Of a stretch of DNA of 38,074 bases, positions 32,329-38,074 are shown one piece after another. The stretch is from Spirochaetae bacterium HGW-Spirochaetae-7. GTDB lineage: Bacteria; Spirochaetota; Spirochaetia; Treponematales; UBA12059. Position 1 is the stretch's first letter. Every line of letters begins with the position of its first letter. The stretch covers positions 4,284-42,357 of the forward strand of contig PGXR01000001.1 in the NCBI GenBank assembly GCA_002839245.1, in the 5' to 3' direction. A program made the translations under genes and the position numbers. The notes under the pieces were generated by a model. It saw nothing but the letters and a program-made list of their open reading frames with translations. It ran no database searches and was not told the origin of the DNA.

Positions 32329-33771
32329 ATGAAAATCAAGATACGTGAAACCCTCCGGACTGTGGCGGAGTACCTGAACCGCGGAAAGGCCCCCTACTTC
32401 CTGTCGATCGGCCTGACCATACTCGGTTTCGTGCTCGTCTACCTGAGCCCGCGTTCCATACCCGCCTTCCTCGTGTTCGCGGCGGCGGCCGGATTGCCTT
32501 ATTTCCTGTCGATAAAGAAGTCGATCAAGCTCGCCCTCGCGGTGCTGGTGGCCATCGTCCTGGTGCCGGTACTCGGGGCGCGCAACATATTCTACCTGGA
32601 GGTGATATTCCAGATAGCTGTCTTCTCTGCGCTGGCGCTCGGGCTGAACATAGTAGTCGGGTTCTCCGGCCTGCTCAACTTCGGGTACATGGCGTTCTAC
32701 GCGGTAGGCGCCTACCTGTGGGCCTTCTTCGGCTCCCAGCAGCCCTTCCTGCTCCACGCCATCCCCGGTACCGCGCCGATCGGCACCCAGTTTTTCATGG
32801 CGGCAGACTGGTTCTATCTTTTCATTTTCCTCGGCGTCATCGTAGCGGCGATCGTCGGGCTGATACTCGGTCTTCCCGTGCTCAGGGTCCGGGGCGACTA
32901 CCTGGCAATAATCACGCTGGGCTTCGGCGAGATTGTCCGCCAGCTCGCCAACAACCTTGACAAGCCCCTCAACCTGACCAACGGGCCGCAGGGCATCACG
33001 CCGATCCAGCGGCCGACTTTGCCTGACGGGGTGATACGGTTCTTCAACGGCATTTTCGAACCGCTGGTCGGCCGTCCGGTTACCGTCAACCAGTTCTACA
33101 ACATCCTCTTCTATCTGATAGCGCTGGTCGTGGTGATTGTCGCTATCGTGATAACCTACCGGCTCGATGACTCGAAAGTCGGGCGCGCGTGGACGGCCAT
33201 CCGCGAGGACGAGCTGGCCGCGACGGCCATGGGCATTCCCGCCAACAAGCTCAAGCTCGGCGCTTTTGCCGTAGGCGCTTCCTTCGCGGGCGCGATGGGC
33301 GTGCTCTTCGCGGCCAGCCGCACCTTCGTCAGCCCGGAGTCGTTCACTTTCCTGCAGTCGGTCGGGGTGCTGACCATGGTCATCCTGGGCGGCATCGGCA
33401 GCATACCAGGCGTCATCATCGGCGCGTCGGTAGTCATAATCCTCAACCTGCAGGTGCTCCAGAGTTTCTCGCTGTTCCTGTCGAGGTTGCGGCAGAGCGA
33501 CGCCTACATCCCGATCATCAACTTCTACTGGCGTGACCTGTCCAACCAGCTCGATCCGTCGAAGTACCAGCGCCTCGTTTTCGGGATCATCCTCATCCTT
33601 ATGATGATATACCGCCCGGCGGGCATTCTTCCCGCGGCCAGGCGAAAGCGCGAACTCCGTGTGGCAAAGCTCGAGGCGGACTCCGCAAGCGTCGACAACG
33701 GGAATGGCGGAAACGGGCTACCGGACGTCGACAAGCCGGCGGCGTCCCCAAAGGAGGACAACCATGCCTGA
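32329..33771 (+). CDS. livM: Branched-chain amino acid ABC transporter permease (LivM family)
   Basis: Polytopic, with the block LNIVVGFSGLLNFGYMAFYAVGAY. It has a hydrophilic Asn/Gly/Asp-rich C-terminal tail. Confidence 0.85.
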   Translation: MKIKIRETLRTVAEYLNRGKAPYFLSIGLTILGFVLVYLSPRSIPAFLVFAAAAGLPYFLSIKKSIKLALAVLVAIVLVPVLGARNIFYLEVIFQIAVFSALALGLNIVVGFSGLLNFGYMAFYAVGAYLWAFFGSQQPFLLHAIPGTAPIGTQFFMAADWFYLFIFLGVIVAAIVGLILGLPVLRVRGDYLAIITLGFGEIVRQLANNLDKPLNLTNGPQGITPIQRPTLPDGVIRFFNGIFEPLVGRPVTVNQFYNILFYLIALVVVIVAIVITYRLDDSKVGRAWTAIREDELAATAMGIPANKLKLGAFAVGASFAGAMGVLFAASRTFVSPESFTFLQSVGVLTMVILGGIGSIPGVIIGASVVIILNLQVLQSFSLFLSRLRQSDAYIPIINFYWRDLSNQLDPSKYQRLVFGIILILMMIYRPAGILPAARRKRELRVAKLEADSASVDNGNGGNGLPDVDKPAASPKEDNHA

Positions 33772-34558
33772 TCCAGTCGACATACTGGCGACGACAAACG
33801 TCGTCAAGCGCTTCGGCGGCCTGACGGCGGTCAACAAGATGAGCTTTACCATCAGGCAGGGCTGCATCTACAGCATCATAGGCCCGAACGGGGCAGGCAA
33901 GACGACATTCTTCAACACCATTTCCGGGCTGTACAAGCCGGAGGAGGGCTCGATACTCTTCGACGGTCACCGCATCGAGGGCCAGCCGCCGGAGAAGATC
34001 ACCGCCCTGCACATGGCCAGGACTTTCCAGAACATACGGCTGTTTGGTGGCATGACCGTCGTGGAAAACATTTTGGTCGGCGCGTATACGCGCTTGAAGC
34101 AGAGTTCGATCCAGGCGGTTTTTCGCACCCGCGCTTTCCTCGATGAAGAAAAGAAGGCGGAATCCAGGGCCGAGGAGCTGATGGAATACGTGGGGCTCTA
34201 TGGCGTCGGCAACGAGCTTGCCGCGAGCCTCCCGTACGGCGCCCAGCGCCGCGTCGAGATCGCCAGGGCCCTTGCCTCGGAACCCAAGCTCCTCCTGCTG
34301 GACGAGCCGACGGCCGGCATGAACCCGTCGGAGAGCGCCGACGCGCTGCAACTCTTCAGGCGGCTGCGCGACGACCTTGGCATCACGATATTGCTCATCG
34401 AGCACGATATGAAGGTCGTGATGAACGTATCCGAGAGGATCACGGTCATGGACTACGGCGAGAAGATCGCCGAGGGAACGCCCAAGGAAATCGCCGCAAA
34501 TCCGCGCGTCATTGAAGCTTACCTGGGGCGTGGCGCCGCCGCTGCCATGACGGCCTGA
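33764..34558 (+). CDS. livG: Branched-chain amino acid ABC transporter ATP-binding protein (LivG family)
   Basis: AAGGAGG precedes ATG 33764, and the gene overlaps livM by 8 nt. Walker A GPNGAGKTT, signature-like LPYGAQRRVEIARAL, Walker B LLLLDEPTAG. Confidence 0.9.
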   Translation: MPDPVDILATTNVVKRFGGLTAVNKMSFTIRQGCIYSIIGPNGAGKTTFFNTISGLYKPEEGSILFDGHRIEGQPPEKITALHMARTFQNIRLFGGMTVVENILVGAYTRLKQSSIQAVFRTRAFLDEEKKAESRAEELMEYVGLYGVGNELAASLPYGAQRRVEIARALASEPKLLLLDEPTAGMNPSESADALQLFRRLRDDLGITILLIEHDMKVVMNVSERITVMDYGEKIAEGTPKEIAANPRVIEAYLGRGAAAAMTA

Positions 34559-34569
34559 AGGAGTATGCG

Positions 34570-35280
34570 ATGAGCCTCTTGGAACTGGAAGACATACACA
34601 GCTATTACGGCAACATCCATGCGCTCAAGGGCGTCTCCCTGAAGGTCGAGGAGGGCGAGATAGTCAGCCTCATCGGCGCAAACGGCGCCGGCAAGACGAC
34701 GACGCTGCGATCGATATCGGGCCTCCTGCATCCGCGCAAGGGAAAGGTGATATTCCGTGGAAAGGACGTCACCAAGCTGGCTCCGAACCTCATCCACAAG
34801 GAAGGCCTTGGCTTGGTGCCGGAAGGCCGCGGTATTTTCCCGCGACTGACGGTGCTGGAGAACCTGGAGATGGGCGCCTTCCTGGTCAAGGACAAGGCCG
34901 AGATAGCCCGGGGCATAGAGCAGGCGTTCACGCTTTTTCCGCGGCTCAGGGAGAGGGCGGAGCAGAAGGGCGGCACGCTTTCGGGCGGGGAGCAGCAGAT
35001 GCTCGCTACCGCCCGCGGCCTGATGTCCACCCCGTCCATCCTGCTGATGGATGAACCGTCGATGGGCCTGGCCCCCGTTCTCGTCGACCAGATATTCGAC
35101 GTGATCAAGGAACTCAACGCCAAGGGCACGACGATACTTCTAGTCGAGCAGAACGCGTTGATGGCGCTGTCGATAGCGCACCGCGCCTACGTCCTGCAGA
35201 CAGGTACCATAGTGCTGTCGGGCGCGGCGTCCAACGTAGCCAAGGACGAGAACGTCCGCAAGGCATACCTGGGCATCTAG
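34570..35280 (+). CDS. livF: Branched-chain amino acid ABC transporter ATP-binding protein (LivF family)
   Basis: Walker A GANGAGKTT, signature LSGGEQQMLATARGL, Walker B ILLMDEPS. Confidence 0.9.
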   Translation: MSLLELEDIHSYYGNIHALKGVSLKVEEGEIVSLIGANGAGKTTTLRSISGLLHPRKGKVIFRGKDVTKLAPNLIHKEGLGLVPEGRGIFPRLTVLENLEMGAFLVKDKAEIARGIEQAFTLFPRLRERAEQKGGTLSGGEQQMLATARGLMSTPSILLMDEPSMGLAPVLVDQIFDVIKELNAKGTTILLVEQNALMALSIAHRAYVLQTGTIVLSGAASNVAKDENVRKAYLGI

Positions 35281-35302
35281 AACTGGCATACTGGACATGC
35301 GT

Positions 35303-35334
35303 CAGGCCGCCGGCACTCACCGGCGGCCTGTTTT
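35303..35334 (+). terminator. Rho-independent terminator after livF
   Basis: A perfect 11-bp stem, CAGGCCGCCGG (35303-35313) with CCGGCGGCCTG (35320-35330), a 6-nt loop, then TTTT (35331-35334). It abuts the stop of the convergent minus-strand gene. Confidence 0.8.
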
Positions 35335-35862
35335 CTAAGATTTACGCTTTGTGAAGCCCATGATGAGCCCGAGCGCGACCGACCACAAGGCGGCCAGGCC
35401 TATCTGGTATTCCAGCGGCAACGCGAAGGTCACCGTATGCGCTGGCAGCCAGAACCACGCGAGCGTGGCCAGGCTCTTTTCCAGGCCGCCATAGCCCTTT
35501 GTCCCGGCGATGATGTTGTCGCTGGTCCGGTGCAGCACCATGAGCAACGGACCGAACATCGAGTTGGTCAGGATGGACAGCGACAGCGCGCGGAGTATCG
35601 TTATCTCCTCGCAGACGCGCGGCAGGAATTCCCTGTCGACCAGGGCAGCCAGGAATCCCTTGAAGCCGGTGAACGAATACTTGACCAGTATGCCGAGGGC
35701 TCCCCAGACGAGGGCCTTGGCCAGCCATACGATGGCCCTGCCCGATGGACGATGCTTCGCCGCCACGATGCCGAGAGCCTCGCCGACGCTGCCGAGCAGG
35801 GCGAACTGGATGAAAGCCGACAACAGCACGTTGTCCGAGACCCATGAAACATACCAAGCCAT
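35335..35862 (-). CDS. Small integral membrane protein, function unknown
   Basis: 175 aa with about 4-5 hydrophobic segments. The C-terminal ...FWLPAHTVTFALPLEYQIGLAALWSVALGLIMG faintly resembles the Mpv17/PMP22 motif. This resemblance is unverified. Confidence 0.55.
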   Translation of the reverse strand: MAWYVSWVSDNVLLSAFIQFALLGSVGEALGIVAAKHRPSGRAIVWLAKALVWGALGILVKYSFTGFKGFLAALVDREFLPRVCEEITILRALSLSILTNSMFGPLLMVLHRTSDNIIAGTKGYGGLEKSLATLAWFWLPAHTVTFALPLEYQIGLAALWSVALGLIMGFTKRKS

Positions 35863-35906
35863 AATTTCTCCTTCGAGCGGCCGAGTATATACGACGCGAT
35901 GCCTGT

Positions 35907-37073
35907 TCAGCGAGGCTTGAATAGCAGAAGGATGGAGGCTCCTGGGCCTGGCTCGCGTATCATGCGGCCGCCTACCTGGTCGACCAGGCTTCTTACTATG
36001 TCCATCCCGACGCCGGGCCTCCTGTCGGTCGCGGGAGAGGCCGGGAATCCGGGACCGTCGTCGGCTATCCGGATAAAGGCTTCGCCGCCCAGCATTCCCG
36101 TTTCCACGGTCAGCGTACCTTCCTTGCGGGAAGAGAAGGCGTACTTGATCGAGTTGGTGACAAGCTCCGAGACTATGAGGCCGCAGGGTATGGCGACGCC
36201 GAGGTCGAGCCTAAGGCTCTCCAGTCTATATTGCATCGTTATCCTGAGGTTGGCGGCGGCTATCATCTGGTCGGCCACACGCGGAAGGTAGTCGGCCATG
36301 TCGATGCCCGAGAAATCGCCAGTCCTGTAAATCTCCTCGTGGACCTGTGCCATGGCGAAAATGCTGTCCTGGCTTTCCTGCAGGATGCTTCTGGCCTCTT
36401 TGCTGGACGTCGAAGAAGACTTGAGGTAGAGGAGGCTGAGGACTATCTGCAGGTTGTTCTTGACCCGGTGGTGTACCTCCTTGAGCAGCGCCTCGAGTTC
36501 CAGCTTGCGCCGTTCGAGCAAGGCTGTCCGCTCGGCCACCTCGTCCTCGAGGTGGCCGTAGAGGTCAGCGTTGCGCAGCACGAGCGCCAGGATCGATGAA
36601 AGCCGTTTCAGGGTATCCATGGCCTTCTGCAGGGTTTCGTCATCCAACAGGTCCAGAAGGAAGATGCCGCCCACGCGCTTGGTCCCGTAGGCAAGTGGAA
36701 GTATCAGGGCCGAGGCCGCGCCGAGGCCGCCGAGCAGCCCGGCGTCCGGGCCCTGGTCGGTCGCGGCAAGCAAGGCTGCTCCCGTGACGATACACGACCG
36801 CTCGATCAGGGCATGGAAAGCCGGGCTTTCCGCCAGGTCCTTTCGCCGTTCGGGATAGACCGACCGTATCAAGTGCCTGGAGCCCCCCGCCGTTTCGACA
36901 TGCGAGACGACGACGACAGTCCTGGCGCCGACCAGGCTGCGGAGTTCCTCGGCGATGAAGTCGCAGGCTTGCCGGGGGTTGTCCGAAAGCTCCAGGAGCC
37001 GTTGTACGAGGTCGGAAAGGAGCATCCCGAAGGCCTGGCCGTCGCGATTCCCGTCCGGGTTGCTAGTTGCCAT
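35907..37073 (-). CDS. Cytoplasmic sensor histidine kinase (GAF-like N-terminal domain, HisKA_2/HWE-type H-box, HATPase_c)
   Basis: H-box EVHHRVKNNLQIVLSLL, N-box ELVTNSIKYAF, G1 DDGPGFP and G2 GVGMDIV. There are no TM segments. The start overlaps the upstream gene by 11 nt. Confidence 0.85.
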   Translation of the reverse strand: MATSNPDGNRDGQAFGMLLSDLVQRLLELSDNPRQACDFIAEELRSLVGARTVVVVSHVETAGGSRHLIRSVYPERRKDLAESPAFHALIERSCIVTGAALLAATDQGPDAGLLGGLGAASALILPLAYGTKRVGGIFLLDLLDDETLQKAMDTLKRLSSILALVLRNADLYGHLEDEVAERTALLERRKLELEALLKEVHHRVKNNLQIVLSLLYLKSSSTSSKEARSILQESQDSIFAMAQVHEEIYRTGDFSGIDMADYLPRVADQMIAAANLRITMQYRLESLRLDLGVAIPCGLIVSELVTNSIKYAFSSRKEGTLTVETGMLGGEAFIRIADDGPGFPASPATDRRPGVGMDIVRSLVDQVGGRMIREPGPGASILLLFKPR

Positions 37074-37647
37074 CGAGGGCCTCGAGCAAGGCGGCGCGGA
37101 GGGCGGCCTCGAGCCCCGTTGTACCTACCTTTTCGATGCGCAGCTCGAGGCCGATATAGTCGGAAGCGGCCTCGAAAACCTCCGCACCGGGCCGTGGAGC
37201 GCCGGTATCCAGGTACACGAGTTCCCGCATGTTTTCGCGCATGAACTCCCGCGCGAGTTCCCTATCCTCGAGGCCGAGCGACTGCTTGAATACTGTTTCC
37301 CACCGCGCCATCCATTCGGGCATGAAGAAAAATGACCCGGCTTTACGGAGTTCGCGGTAGCGGGCGGCTCCGAGGCATATCTCGCAGCAGTTCACCCCGC
37401 GGGCGCGCCCGCAGGCCGGCTTCTGTCCGAATTCTAGCATGTGCGGCGAGCAGTCACCGTACAGGATGACGACTGGCGTACCTTCGGGAGGCAGCGCTTC
37501 GGCGACGCGCCCGTCGAGCGCGGCGGGGTCCATGTGCAGCATGGAGTCGAAGAACGTCGGCTTGAACTTCTCTTGCAGTTCCGGGTCGAGCGACTTGAAT
37601 TCCCTGGCGAATATCCCGCAGGCTAAAAGAAGTACGCGTTCAGGCAT
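37063..37647 (-). CDS. DUF1638-family protein
   Basis: MPERVLLLACGIFAREF...VVILYGDCSPHM...GVNCCEICLG...FFFMPEWMARW matches my recollection of DUF1638, which usually neighbours corrinoid/URO-D-type methyltransferase genes. ATG 37647 overlaps the upstream stop by 8 nt. Confidence 0.6.
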   Translation of the reverse strand: MPERVLLLACGIFAREFKSLDPELQEKFKPTFFDSMLHMDPAALDGRVAEALPPEGTPVVILYGDCSPHMLEFGQKPACGRARGVNCCEICLGAARYRELRKAGSFFFMPEWMARWETVFKQSLGLEDRELAREFMRENMRELVYLDTGAPRPGAEVFEAASDYIGLELRIEKVGTTGLEAALRAALLEALDGN

Positions 37648-38074
37648 GCGGCCTGCCCATCGCGATGGCAGCGTCCATGATCGCGGCGATGGTCGGCTCG
37701 TCGGTATCCCAGGGTATGTCGGCGGCGGTCGTGGCAACCATGAGGCGCGGGTCAGTGGCCATGTTGGCCAGCAGTTGCTGCACGGAGGCTAGAACGTTGG
37801 CCGCCGGCCTCCGGCTCATCCTGGGGCCCGCTGGACCCGTGACGAGGAGGCGCTCGGGGCCGAGCATTGCGCGCGCCAGCTTGGGATCGTCGCGCTCGTC
37901 GAGGATGAAGCCCTCCACGTTGGGGAGGGCTGCGTAATGGTTCAGGTTCGCGGCGAGAGGATTCGCGCCGTGGTGGAAGAAGACGGGCCCGGGAATCCGT
38001 CCGAAGGCGCTGGCGAGCGTCGGGAGCAACGGCTTTCGGATGAGGCTGTCCATCATGATGGCCGGATTGGCGAA
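37640..38074 (-). CDS. Uroporphyrinogen decarboxylase (URO-D)/MtaA-like methyltransferase family protein, C-terminal part (5' end outside the window)
   Basis: The frame stays open to the window edge (FANPAIMMDSLIRKPLLP...FFHHGANP...). The general pattern and the DUF1638 neighbour suggest the URO-D family. Only about 145 aa are visible. Confidence 0.5.
   Translation of the reverse strand, partial: FANPAIMMDSLIRKPLLPTLASAFGRIPGPVFFHHGANPLAANLNHYAALPNVEGFILDERDDPKLARAMLGPERLLVTGPAGPRMSRRPAANVLASVQQLLANMATDPRLMVATTAADIPWDTDEPTIAAIMDAAIAMGRPHA

Noticed and set aside
1-38074. A search of the whole window for CRISPR arrays, tRNA/rRNA genes, transposases/integrases and long direct repeats.
   Set aside because: I saw no regularly spaced repeats, no T-loop/acceptor-like tRNA signatures in the intergenic regions, no rRNA-like stretches, and no recombinase-like ORFs. 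All intergenic gaps are under about 420 bp and are explained by promoters or terminators.

Overview
A 38-kb, visibly GC-rich chromosomal segment from a diderm bacterium. Lineage cannot be fixed without a database search. Relaxed Cys lipoboxes, a lipidated solute-binding protein, a class III cyclase and a LolA-like/FtsX cassette suggest a Spirochaetota-like or other anaerobic diderm, but this is only an impression. I support about 33 protein genes and found no rRNA, tRNA, CRISPR array or transposase.

Gene order:
- gatA(partial)-gatB-aspS (archaeal-type AspRS), joined by ATGA overlaps.
- A less GC-rich islet with a COG1373-type AAA ATPase and mazEF.
- A 772-aa membrane-anchored coiled-coil/TPR-like protein.
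- A minus-strand five-gene operon: a periplasmic-sensor HAMP adenylate cyclase followed by two tandem copies of a [secreted PEGA-like/putative beta-barrel protein + lipoprotein] module, with every junction an ATGA overlap.
- Divergent from it, a LolA-like / outer-membrane protein / ABC ATPase / two FtsX-permease cassette.
- A CadC-like ArsR repressor plus a P1B-2 (Zn/Cd/Pb-type) ATPase.
- An OmpA-family protein and pyruvate kinase.
- A brnT-brnA toxin-antitoxin islet.
- A flavodoxin-like NAD(P)H quinone reductase.
- A TRAP transporter (dctPQM) and a livKHMGF-type ABC importer behind a very AT-rich promoter block.
- An unknown small membrane protein.
- An overlapping URO-D-like(partial)/DUF1638/GAF-HisKA_2 kinase trio.

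The best candidate for an undescribed system is the cyclase-headed envelope operon (7999-14276) together with the divergent LolA-like/ABC cassette. A second sequence-level observation is a repeated promoter geometry: a -10-like hexamer, exactly 6 nt, then the start codon, with no Shine-Dalgarno. It implies leaderless mRNAs at five operon-first genes.

All family names are recalled from motifs read by eye; nothing was searched.
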